The translations under genes and the position numbers were made by a program. Of a DNA stretch of 64,000 nt, positions 42,590 through 51,882 are shown one piece after another (within the stretch, counting starts at the first letter, position 1; each line of letters opens with the position of its first letter). Location of the stretch: sequence record MW598459; one strand, 5' to 3'. This DNA is from Escherichia phage vB_EcoM_RZ. Below the pieces are notes generated by a model. It was not told the origin of the DNA. It saw only the letters and a list, made by a program, of their open reading frames with translations, and searched no databases.

Positions 42590-42939
42590 GCAAGCCCTCG
42601 AAGGGAACATTAGGTTTCGGATATTTAACGACAGGATAACCATAAACCTCGTCATCATACCTTATAGCTCTTATCTGTTGCACACCGTTAGCTTAAAGGT
42701 TCCGGGTTCGATTTCTCGAGGATAAGATATATACTGATGGATATATAGGCCTTGAGGCGTACTCCCGATTGGCCATCACCTCGGGGTAGCATGCACTTGC
42801 CGCTATAAGAATAACATTCAAGAGGTACACCGTAAAACTGCCGGGGTCTTAAAACTATAATGATTCGCAAATCATTAATCAGACGGTTCGACGGCTCCTC
42901 GATTTTCTAGCCGCACTAAGGTAGCGAATCACCTACAGC
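42590..42939. other. ORF-free, hairpin-rich intergenic island (candidate structured RNA or regulatory region)
   Basis: 350 bp with stops in all frames, several local inverted repeats (e.g. TAATGATTCGCAAATCATTA, CCCTCGAAGGG). Confidence 0.4.
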
Positions 42940-43194
42940 TTACTTCAGGGTTACGACAAAATGGCGAACAGCTTTACGGGCAGCAGATGCCAGCGGCTTA
43001 GCAAATTTCAGTTCATCTTTTGCTTCGAGCACTGCGCGAAGGTCGGTTTGAACCGGGTTAAGATGTTTGAAATACTGCAGAATTTCCAGTGCTTCGGCTT
43101 CAACATCAATAGATGCGCCGTAGTTTTCGTGACCGTTATTCCATGCAGTGCGTTGCAGTTCGAGAGCGTGTTGTAATTGTTTGTTTAAAGACAT
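42940..43194 (-). CDS. rIII: rIII lysis inhibition accessory protein
   Basis: MSLNKQLQHALELQRTAWNNGHENYGASIDVEAEALEILQYFKHLNP...KPLASAARKAVRHFVVTLK near-identical to remembered T4 rIII. Confidence 0.9.
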   Translation of the reverse strand: MSLNKQLQHALELQRTAWNNGHENYGASIDVEAEALEILQYFKHLNPVQTDLRAVLEAKDELKFAKPLASAARKAVRHFVVTLK

Positions 43195-43348
43195 TTTAGA
43201 AGCCTCAATATGAAGTGAATATTTGGTGGACACGTTCTTCTGAATTTCACTTCCTTTCGGCAAGTCTCTCAGTTGTAGTCCACCGTTTAGGATTGGCTAA
43301 CCCCATACACCAGCAAAGCTCTGTATGACATCAACCAATCCATATTAT

Positions 43349-43356
43349 TATTTATA
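43349..43356 (-). promoter_or_regulatory. late promoter (TATAAATA on minus) upstream of rIII
   Basis: plus-strand TATTTATA between gene 31 and rIII. Confidence 0.45.
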
Positions 43357-43365
43357 ACGCTAATT

Positions 43366-43713
43366 TTACTTATAAAGACAAGGAACAGCTTTATAATGAC
43401 AAGTCACAAATTTCTGCTTAACTTCTTTAGCCTGCTTAAGTCCCAGTGCAACCAGAGGATGTGGAACGTTTGCAATCTTGCCAACCGGAAGAGGAGTCAA
43501 ATCACCTACTTCGCAGAATCCTTCAGGAACATCCGGACCAACCGAAAATACTTCACACATCTCCGGGATTTCACCCTGATGGAGTTTTCCGATAACGATA
43601 CCTGATGCCGTAGTTTCTTCATCACCAGCTTGCTTTGGCTCAGAAACCAAAATAATATATTCACCTACTGCTTTAATTGGTAATTCCATATTTAATCCAT
43701 GTTGTTTGGTCAT
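43366..43713 (-). CDS. 31: co-chaperonin gp31 (GroES-like)
   Basis: [25 protein letters not shown]...[57 protein letters not shown] matches remembered T4 gp31; start may be the internal ATG at 43689. Confidence 0.9.
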   Translation of the reverse strand: MTKQHGLNMELPIKAVGEYIILVSEPKQAGDEETTASGIVIGKLHQGEIPEMCEVFSVGPDVPEGFCEVGDLTPLPVGKIANVPHPLVALGLKQAKEVKQKFVTCHYKAVPCLYK

Positions 43714-43715
43714 GT

Positions 43716-43744
43716 ATTAATAATAGCATGCATTGTTTGAAGCA
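43716..43744 (-). promoter_or_regulatory. middle-type promoter (MotA box TGCTTCA) for gene 31
   Basis: reverse complement: tTGCTTCAaacaatgcatgctaTTATTAAT. Confidence 0.45.
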
Positions 43745-44044
43745 TTAAAGGACGAGCAGAGTCTCGGTCTGCAGTCCATTCACGGAAATCAATTTATTGA
43801 AACAGAATGAACGCCATTCATTAAGCTTGGTATCAAATACCCGGATATAGCTAACTGGTTCTTTATTGGCTTCTGGTCCAGGGGCCTGGATTTCTTTATA
43901 CGGTAGCAGGTCCAGGTCGCGAGTACAAGTCATACGACGGATGCTACCATCTGCTTTTTCAAACAGAACTTCGTGAAAACCAACAGACAAAATAGTCTTG
44001 ACTTTTTCACGGAGACGAATTGTTTCTTGTTCAGTTAAAATCAT
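43745..44044 (-). CDS. hypothetical protein
   Basis: 99-aa ORF in early array. Confidence 0.5.
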   Translation of the reverse strand: MILTEQETIRLREKVKTILSVGFHEVLFEKADGSIRRMTCTRDLDLLPYKEIQAPGPEANKEPVSYIRVFDTKLNEWRSFCFNKLISVNGLQTETLLVL

Positions 44045-44046
44045 AA

Positions 44047-44280
44047 TTATTCCAGAATAGTTTTGATAGTGGTTGCATTACGCTCTTTTAGAGCTCTTAA
44101 TAGGCTATGGCAATTATCAAGAATAGGCACCGTTTTATATTTCATTTCGGGGCGAACCCACTCGGATTTATAGTACGATTTCCAACGAGAGAAAAAGTAT
44201 TTTTTATATTCTACTGAATAGGCTACCAGGTTTTCACCTTTTGAGTTCAGACCTGAAAACTTAACTAGACGAAATTTCAT
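44047..44280 (-). CDS. hypothetical protein
   Basis: 77-aa ORF in early array. Confidence 0.45.
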   Translation of the reverse strand: MKFRLVKFSGLNSKGENLVAYSVEYKKYFFSRWKSYYKSEWVRPEMKYKTVPILDNCHSLLRALKERNATTIKTILE

Positions 44281-44861
44281 TATTCACCACAAAATTCGTT
44301 AATGTTTTCCCAGTTCAATTTGTCTAGACTACGCTTAGGCACATTGAACACCTCAATTCCCGCGTTCTTCAGGATATCATCCCAACCAGGAATATTCTTA
44401 TCATACGTTTCACAGTAAACCAATTTCTTGATTCCTGATTGAGAAATTGCCTTTGCACAATCAGGACAAGGAGAAAGCGTCACATACATAGTAGCGCCTT
44501 CAATTGACGAACCCATTCTGGCTGCGAACAGAATCGCATTAAGCTCAGCATGAATTTCGTTGTTCTTTGACCATGCAGAATGTTCTTCGCGATGAGCTTT
44601 CGCCAATACAAAACGGTCAACCTGACTGAATCTCACGCATTCTGGCTTATGACCAGGGATGAGAACAGGTTTAGGTTTATTCAGTAACCAACCTTGCTCT
44701 TCCGCATGCTCGCAACAGTTAACCCCACCTGCAGGGGAACCATTATACCCTGTAGAAATAATGCGGCCATTCTTTTCAATAACAGCTCCCACTTTCCAGG
44801 AGCAACATTTGGATTCTTGAGATACAAGGTATGCGATTTGCAGAACAGTAGTTGGTTTCAT
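44280..44861 (-). CDS. cd: dCMP deaminase
   Basis: 193 aa (T4 Cd 193 aa); HAELNAI...SPCPDCAKAI zinc-dependent deaminase motifs. Confidence 0.85.
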   Translation of the reverse strand: MKPTTVLQIAYLVSQESKCCSWKVGAVIEKNGRIISTGYNGSPAGGVNCCEHAEEQGWLLNKPKPVLIPGHKPECVRFSQVDRFVLAKAHREEHSAWSKNNEIHAELNAILFAARMGSSIEGATMYVTLSPCPDCAKAISQSGIKKLVYCETYDKNIPGWDDILKNAGIEVFNVPKRSLDKLNWENINEFCGE

Positions 44862-45197
44862 TTACATCACCACGAGATAATTGGTTTTAATAGTTTCAAC
44901 ACGATATAATTCATGTCGCAATTTAGTAATGCTCTTAACATGTGTTGTAATTATACTATCACCGTCGCTGAAGCGTTTTTTCTTATCGCCAAAAATCACC
45001 CCAAACATTCGCTCACCAATTTCTACAGGAGCTTCTGTGATAACAACCGCATCATAATTACTTGGGTGAATACTTTTAAACAGAGCATCATTCACAAGCG
45101 TTACTTTGATAAATGCAGCTGTCTCCGGGTCCAACTTACGATGGTCACCCAAATCATTTTTAAGTGCTTCCTGAAAAATATCCATTAAATTCATCAT
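44862..45197 (-). CDS. hypothetical protein
   Basis: 111-aa ORF. Confidence 0.45.
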   Translation of the reverse strand: MMNLMDIFQEALKNDLGDHRKLDPETAAFIKVTLVNDALFKSIHPSNYDAVVITEAPVEIGERMFGVIFGDKKKRFSDGDSIITTHVKSITKLRHELYRVETIKTNYLVVM

Positions 45198-45439
45198 TGA
45201 ATATACACTCGCTGCGCTTCAACCAGACCGTCAGAACCCAATTTCAGTTGGGTCAACTGGTCACCACCTTTTAGAGTAATTTTCGGATTAATGACAATCA
45301 TAAAACTGCGTGCAGATTCCTGAATAACTTGCAAAGTCGCAGCAGGGAATCGCTGTGATACGCGGTTAATCATCTCTTGAGCAAATGCCTTCACTTTTTC
45401 GTGGAACTCTTCAACAGTAATTGGGGTTTCGCTAAGCAT
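45194..45439 (-). CDS. hypothetical protein
   Basis: 81-aa ORF, overlapping stop/start. Confidence 0.45.
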   Translation of the reverse strand: MLSETPITVEEFHEKVKAFAQEMINRVSQRFPAATLQVIQESARSFMIVINPKITLKGGDQLTQLKLGSDGLVEAQRVYIQ

Positions 45440-45981
45440 CAGATTGTCTCCTGTTTTACTTGTTTAACGATAGAAGCTTTTGTGATATCACCTTTGATAA
45501 TATAACAATCTTCTGCAGTACCGCGGTTTAACAGGCGCTCTGCTTCGTCTTCCGCATATTCTTTTGACACATGACGAGAGTTAATCTCAATCTTGCCATT
45601 TTTAACCACAAGCAATTTCCAAACTGATGCAAGTTTTACTGGCACAGGTTCAACTTCTGGCTTAACACCAACTTCTGCCTGGATGAAATAATCAAATTCA
45701 TCAGACAATGGACCAGCAGAAACAAACATTGCCCCATGATGCCTGTTCTGTGTGCCAGATATTTTTGGCAAATCCACAAAATCATTTTCATCAATCAAAC
45801 GAATCTCACAAACTTTTTTACCGCCGCTGATGTCATCGGATAAAATCTTAACTTCAAACGGAGTCATACCGATGTATCCAGCAATTTGGTAATTGGCTGC
45901 CCAGCCTCCGGCAATAAACTGTTTTTTGGCATTTTCAGATACAAATTTGTAAAACTTACCTTCTTCAAAGAAATCGCTCAT
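45439..45981 (-). CDS. hypothetical protein, N-terminus paralogous to ORF 59478-59846
   Basis: 180 aa; GKFY...KKQFIAG shared with the 122-aa ORF. Confidence 0.5.
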   Translation of the reverse strand: MSDFFEEGKFYKFVSENAKKQFIAGGWAANYQIAGYIGMTPFEVKILSDDISGGKKVCEIRLIDENDFVDLPKISGTQNRHHGAMFVSAGPLSDEFDYFIQAEVGVKPEVEPVPVKLASVWKLLVVKNGKIEINSRHVSKEYAEDEAERLLNRGTAEDCYIIKGDITKASIVKQVKQETI

Positions 45982-46041
45982 TTTGTTTTCCTCATGTGTT
46001 GATGAAATTCATTATACACCATCCATGGTGAAAGTAAACAC

Positions 46042-46320
46042 TTAAATTGCTTCGACAACTACCGTTTGTTTCTGGAAGTCCATTTTGCATGAAATAGCCA
46101 AAATATGGTTATCAATTTTAAATGGAACAATTGCAAATGCTGCACCAGGCGTGAGTTGAACAGTGATTGCATCAACTGCATCCGGGAACATGATTTCCAG
46201 AATAGCAGACAAACGACCGTGCACTTTTAGTTCAGTCGACACGTCGACGCTTTCGTATAGATAATCAGATACAATCTGACTAAAAAGTACTTTAACAATT
46301 TCAGAATATGTAGGAAACAT
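46042..46320 (-). CDS. hypothetical protein
   Basis: 92-aa ORF. Confidence 0.45.
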   Translation of the reverse strand: MFPTYSEIVKVLFSQIVSDYLYESVDVSTELKVHGRLSAILEIMFPDAVDAITVQLTPGAAFAIVPFKIDNHILAISCKMDFQKQTVVVEAI

Positions 46321-46391
46321 TTCTTTTCTCGCTTAGTTATTGGGGTATCCAAAGGACCTAGACCCCATTATACCATAAAATTTTTAAAGCG

Positions 46392-46676
46392 TTAATGGAC
46401 GGTATGCACCTTGACATTAACGATAAATCGGTCAATGACTTCAGTCAGCGGAACGAATTCAACATAATATTCGCCCTTGTACCGTTCGTTGATGTCATTA
46501 CGCAGTGCAGCCAGGTTATTGATAAGAGCAGGAGACATATTCTGACCTACCAGTTTCTGAAGCTCTTTATAAGCTTCTTCTTCAACTTCATGGTGTTTGT
46601 TATACATAATGTTCTTCCAAGAAGGCCAAGAGTTCTGGAGCGGATTTAAAGATACCGCCATCGACCTTGTCTTCAT
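46392..46676 (-). CDS. hypothetical protein (start uncertain)
   Basis: 94-aa ORF; overlaps the upstream 65-aa ORF unless initiation is at the internal ATG 46607. Confidence 0.4.
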   Translation of the reverse strand: MKTRSMAVSLNPLQNSWPSWKNIMYNKHHEVEEEAYKELQKLVGQNMSPALINNLAALRNDINERYKGEYYVEFVPLTEVIDRFIVNVKVHTVH

Positions 46677-46797
46677 CTTTATAGTCCATTACATCCAGGC
46701 CAATACGTCCATCAGTTAAAGGCCATACGCTGAAAAAGTATTCGTAACGTTTTTCAATCTCTTCGATTGTGCGAAAAATTTTTTCAATGTTATTCAT
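46600..46797 (-). CDS. hypothetical protein
   Basis: 65-aa ORF. Confidence 0.4.
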   Translation of the reverse strand: MNNIEKIFRTIEEIEKRYEYFFSVWPLTDGRIGLDVMDYKDEDKVDGGIFKSAPELLAFLEEHYV

Positions 46798-46989
46798 AAG
46801 TTTTCCATGGTAATTGGATTCGAGTTTGTTTTACAGTAAGCTCGACCTCGGGATTCAATTTTTTCAATCGGAGACATTCTTCCCAGGCGTCTGATTCGTT
46901 ACTGAACGTATAGAAACGGCCGTCAATAACTACAATCTTTTTCTGATTGGTAATATTAACAATGGCCCAGGTATCGCAATAATAGCCCA

Positions 46990-46990
<1 letters not shown>
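46790..46990 (-). CDS. hypothetical protein
   Basis: 66-aa ORF immediately upstream of pseT. Confidence 0.4.
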
Positions 46991-48208
<1,218 letters not shown>

Positions 48209-48212
<4 letters not shown>

Positions 48213-48691
48213 ACACCAAGCTCCTTATAAAGTTCTTCGCGGCAAGTTTTAAGGATTTTACCAGTTTCATAAGCTGCACTTTCAGAAACATCACCAAGTG
48301 CAGCGGCAGATTGCATTTGACCATGGCGTTTAGCTGCATATTCAAAACTTTTTACTAGCTCACGAATACGTTCTTTTTCATTGTACTCTTCAATGAATTC
48401 AGGGTATTCCCAAACTGGGCGCATCATACGATACCACTGTTGGATGGTAATATAATTACTTCCATCCAGATTAATAATTTGCGAAGGCTTAATAGCGCCC
48501 GGAGCATAAAAAGTTACCTGTCTTACTACATCAATACCGTCCACCATAGCCCAAGCAAAATCGAAAGTTGCCTTCTTTTCAATTGGTGTACTTGCACAGG
48601 ACCCTAATTTTAAGAGCTTTTGTAATGCAGGGGATTTAACACCTGAAATGTATTCAGGCTTAGCCACAAAACTGTTATCACGTAATGTCAT
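48209..48691 (-). CDS. hypothetical protein
   Basis: 160 aa from MTLRDNSF; SD GAGGAAA; early promoter lies inside the longer ORF so the upstream 39 codons are rejected. Confidence 0.5.
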
Positions 48692-48721
48692 AATATTTTC
48701 CTCAAATATTTTATAATCCGT

Positions 48722-48765
48722 GGGAGCATTATACTCTGCTCCCATAAGTTTGTACACTACTTTCC
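48722..48765 (-). promoter_or_regulatory. early-type promoter with -10 inside inverted repeat GGGAGCA/TGCTCCC
   Basis: reverse complement: GTGTACAaacttatGGGAGCAgagTATAATgCTCCC. Confidence 0.5.
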
Positions 48766-48860
48766 AAAAAGACCTTGGACACATAAAGTGGCCGCAATTC
48801 CAAAACAAAAACAGAATGCACCAAATCTAACAATATCCCAACCAAGGCTACAGGTCTCAA

Positions 48861-49151
48861 TCATTTACAACGTTCCTCTTTTAGTTCAGAACGATAATAA
48901 CATAACATACCTTTTTGGTCATGTACATATCTTTTTACATCATTCATCCAAATCCTGAATTCTTGCGATGCTTCAAAAGGCATACCAACCCAGGCTTGAC
49001 CCTCAATTACCTTAACTTCCCATTGCTGTTTGTAATCAGCCAATGCAACAGGCCAATTAGGATGAACTTGGATTGTGGGCTCCACAACGGGCTTCTGGGC
49101 ACATGAAACGAGTCCAATAGCCAAACATACTGCCATGATAGATTTCATCAT
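48861..49151 (-). CDS. outer-membrane spanin (lipoprotein) candidate
   Basis: 96 aa; signal peptide with lipobox LVSC; immediately downstream of the i-spanin candidate. Confidence 0.55.
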   Translation of the reverse strand: MMKSIMAVCLAIGLVSCAQKPVVEPTIQVHPNWPVALADYKQQWEVKVIEGQAWVGMPFEASQEFRIWMNDVKRYVHDQKGMLCYYRSELKEERCK

Positions 49152-49501
49152 TTGGTGAGCTCCTGAAAGTCCTGGGCGAACTTATCAAAAGACTGATTAA
49201 TCTGTTTTTCAACTAATTTAGGCTTCGCAGCCACAACCTTAGTACGTTTTGCATCTGCACGAAGTTTATCATTTTCCTTCTGTAGGTGTTCAACATATTC
49301 CTGACGCTGTTGGTCAAGGAGATTAATTTGATTAACCTGGTCTTTTATTGATTGCAGATTTTTCGCATTATCTTCTGCGACTTTGGTGACTTCCGCCACC
49401 GCTGTCTTGAGATTATCCACTTTTGCTTTTAGATAGAAACCACTACCAGCAGTTACTACCAGGGCGAGCATAAGCCCTGCAGTGAGATTACTTATTTGCA
49501 T
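49148..49501 (-). CDS. inner-membrane spanin candidate
   Basis: 117 aa; N-terminal TM helix then long coiled-coil; ATGA coupling to the o-spanin ORF. Confidence 0.55.
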   Translation of the reverse strand: MQISNLTAGLMLALVVTAGSGFYLKAKVDNLKTAVAEVTKVAEDNAKNLQSIKDQVNQINLLDQQRQEYVEHLQKENDKLRADAKRTKVVAAKPKLVEKQINQSFDKFAQDFQELTK

Positions 49502-49995
49502 AACTTGATGATTACCTCAACAATATCATCCTGGGATAAACCATTCAGGAGGATGTGATTTGTACTGTCAGATGCTGAAATGCGGAACTGATTACCAACT
49601 TCATCCGCCATATCATCCTGGGTTAACACTGGGTGTTTAATTCCCAGGCGGTGTTGAAGTGTCAGGGGTTCAACCACAACATAACAAACACATCCATTGA
49701 TATGCACATTAGGTTGGGTCTGATTGATGAACACTTCTGCATCATATTTAACCAAATGGTTCTTTAAGAAGTCAACCATTTCAGGAACAGATTCATGCAG
49801 TGCTTCTTTCCGCTCTTCTGATTTTTTATCGCGATATTCTTTTTGTTTCGCCTTCAACTTTTTGTTAGAGGCGAGTTTTTTCCGCAGGTCAGTCATAAGA
49901 CCAATTTTCTTGGTCCCTTTATAGACATAAATTCCGTCATGACGGTCACCATATTCATTGACAATCATTTCATTTGAAATCAGTTGCATATCCAT
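49492..49995 (-). CDS. alc: Alc-like transcription termination factor (by position and size)
   Basis: 167 aa from MDMQLIS (T4 Alc 167 aa); between rnlA and spanin ORFs; SD GAGGAAA. Confidence 0.5.
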   Translation of the reverse strand: MDMQLISNEMIVNEYGDRHDGIYVYKGTKKIGLMTDLRKKLASNKKLKAKQKEYRDKKSEERKEALHESVPEMVDFLKNHLVKYDAEVFINQTQPNVHINGCVCYVVVEPLTLQHRLGIKHPVLTQDDMADEVGNQFRISASDSTNHILLNGLSQDDIVEVIIKLCK

Positions 49996-50008
49996 AATAT
50001 TTTCCTCA

Positions 50009-50242
50009 TTAGTAGCGGTTATAACCCCGGGGACCAAAAGAGTTGGCACCCAGGCGCTCATCTTTCTTTTTGGCTCTTGCTCTAAACCCGGAATCACCTG
50101 TTTGAGCTTTCAGTTCTTTTAACAATTTGGCCTTTAGGTCAGTAATGAAACCAATCCGGCGGTCTCCCTTATAGACATAGATTCCATCATTTCTGTCACC
50201 ATATGCCTTTGTAACTCTGTCATTTGTAATTAAGTTTAACAT
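50009..50242 (-). CDS. short paralogue of the N-terminal domain of the alc-like protein
   Basis: 77 aa; NDRVTKAYGDRNDGIYVYKGDRRIGFITDLKAKL vs alc NEMIVNEYGDRHDGIYVYKGTKKIGLMTDLRKKL; own promoter and SD. Confidence 0.5.
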   Translation of the reverse strand: MLNLITNDRVTKAYGDRNDGIYVYKGDRRIGFITDLKAKLLKELKAQTGDSGFRARAKKKDERLGANSFGPRGYNRY

Positions 50243-50261
50243 GTTTTGGTCCTCATCAGTA

Positions 50262-50297
50262 GTTGATGGAACCATTATGTATAGAAAGAAGGGGCTT
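50262..50297 (-). promoter_or_regulatory. early-type promoter (GTGTACA-N17-CATAAT)
   Basis: reverse complement: GGTGTACAagccccttctttctataCATAATgg. Confidence 0.5.
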
Positions 50298-50312
50298 GTA
50301 CACCCCTTTTTA

Positions 50313-51449
50313 TTATTCAGGAAGGATTACTTCCGCCTGGTAGTCTAACGGAATGTAAAGTTTATGATTTTTAAGGAAAACTTTATTGATTTGAGCAATC
50401 GTTTGTTCAGTTTCCTGTGGGCGTTGATAGGTGTTCATTAATACGGAGAACAATCCCGGATATGGTTTACATAACTCTTGACCTTTAATCGCAAACTCGC
50501 GACGGTCTTTTCCTGCTAACTGTTTTTGTGCATCAAGCAACAGTCCAAGAGTGTTGGACAGATAATCCAGATGTGTTGCAGTAAAGGCAGTAACTTTTTC
50601 ACGAGCATAAGTATCGCCAGTAAACATGGCAATAACATCATCCGCGCCGCCAGCAACAACAACTTCAAACAGTCGCTCATTATTATTAATGGAGTCTTTA
50701 GTATGATGCAGAGCACAATACCATTCTGTTTTCATCTTGAACTTCTGACCGTTAGCCATCTCATAGACGAAGCCTTCAATCTCTTTCATACCGCGAACAT
50801 TCTCAATGGTTGCCGGGTCATATGCTTCAACCAGGAAAGGACGAAGCGCTGCATCTTTGAACAGCTCCTGATAAGGAATATATTCACCAGTTTCATTATG
50901 ACGAACGTTCAGTAAAATCAGGTCACGTTCCTGGTAAGGCAAAACAATGCGGTTGGTCGGTGCAACATATTCCATGTTGCATGTATAACCAGCTTCAGTG
51001 ATTTCAGTCACACGAGCCCTGAATGCACTGCGATGTTCTTGTTTAAACACCTGCAAGGATTCAGCTGCTTGGGAGCTTTTGATTGACCCTTTGGATTTAA
51101 AGGCGATATTGGTCTGGTCCATATAAGTGGAAACCAAACTACCATCAGCTTTTGCAGTAACCAGGACAACTTCATCAAGGTTAAGGTCCATGGTCATTGG
51201 ATTCTCACCCAGATTAAAGAATTTTTCCATAGGACGAGCAGCAATGCGAACTGGACCATTGTCATCCATTTCAAACATAATGCCACGGCACTCCAGCGCA
51301 TCATCAAGAAGCCAATCACTATAGGAAGCATAGTTATAGCTAAAGATGCGGAACTTAGTTTCAAATGGAGAAACAAAATCCGTATAGAAAAACTTACCTT
51401 TATCGGATTCGGCACAAAGCTTCATTAAGTTATCATATAATTCAATCAT
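50313..51449 (-). CDS. rnlA: RNA ligase 1
   Basis: 378 aa; FRIFSYNYASYSDWLLDDALECRGIMFEMD...PMEKFFNL matches remembered T4 Rnl1. Confidence 0.9.
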   Translation of the reverse strand: MIELYDNLMKLCAESDKGKFFYTDFVSPFETKFRIFSYNYASYSDWLLDDALECRGIMFEMDDNGPVRIAARPMEKFFNLGENPMTMDLNLDEVVLVTAKADGSLVSTYMDQTNIAFKSKGSIKSSQAAESLQVFKQEHRSAFRARVTEITEAGYTCNMEYVAPTNRIVLPYQERDLILLNVRHNETGEYIPYQELFKDAALRPFLVEAYDPATIENVRGMKEIEGFVYEMANGQKFKMKTEWYCALHHTKDSINNNERLFEVVVAGGADDVIAMFTGDTYAREKVTAFTATHLDYLSNTLGLLLDAQKQLAGKDRREFAIKGQELCKPYPGLFSVLMNTYQRPQETEQTIAQINKVFLKNHKLYIPLDYQAEVILPE

Positions 51450-51856
51450 TTCTTCACCTTATGTTGGTAATTCCACGGGGGATTAAAAAGCTTGATGAAC
51501 ATCGGCTCTTCCAGAGACATCGTTTCGACTGACATTGTGCCAAGTTCATTGGTCATTGACAGATTGAAACATTGTCGTGCATAGAATACCACCTTTTTGC
51601 CTTCTTGTAAAGCTTCATGTATCATCCGGGATTTGTTTGAATCACTCGTCTGTTCGATTCGGTTAATTGCAGTCCGGTAATAGTTGATACGCTTCTTAAG
51701 GTTGTTCGTCTTACCAATATACACTAGTTCATCATCAACTGAAATAGCATAGATAACATTTTTCTTGTTTGCGAGAGTAAGGATAGGGATTTTATCATCG
51801 ACTAACTCTAACTCCGCGTATTTTATAAAACTGTATTCGTCAGCGATTTGTTTCAT
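51446..51856 (-). CDS. denA: endonuclease II (GIY-YIG)
   Basis: 136 aa from MKQIADEYSFIKY; NVIYAI...DELVYIGKT...KRINYYRTAINR...FYARQCFNLSMTNELGT matches remembered T4 EndoII. Confidence 0.9.
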   Translation of the reverse strand: MKQIADEYSFIKYAELELVDDKIPILTLANKKNVIYAISVDDELVYIGKTNNLKKRINYYRTAINRIEQTSDSNKSRMIHEALQEGKKVVFYARQCFNLSMTNELGTMSVETMSLEEPMFIKLFNPPWNYQHKVKK

Positions 51857-51857
51857 A

Positions 51858-51882
51858 GACAAAAAGGGCCGAAGCCCTTTCC
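51858..51882 (-). terminator. intrinsic terminator after nrdB
   Basis: GGGCCGAAGCCC hairpin followed on minus by TTTTTG, ending 2 nt before denA ATG. Confidence 0.65.

Noticed and set aside
42688-42870. 60-aa minus-strand ORF inside the ORF-free island
   Set aside because: Low-complexity (IIIVLRPRQFYG...ISISIYLIL), no SD, start inside a hairpin; treated as non-coding.
42910-42925. 13-nt match (CTAAGGTAGCGAA) to a conserved 23S rRNA segment
   Set aside because: Too short, no flanking rRNA similarity; most likely chance, noted only because the motif is a known homing-endonuclease target in rRNA genes.
42590-42939. tRNA gene in the ORF-free island
   Set aside because: GGTTCGATT-like strings at 42706 and 42884 do not have pairing T-stems, and no 7-bp acceptor stem could be built; needs tRNAscan to be definitive.
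48692-48808. N-terminal 39 codons of the 199-aa ORF 48209-48808
   Set aside because: An early promoter (-35/-10) lies inside this extension; the SD-preceded ATG at 48691 is the more plausible start.
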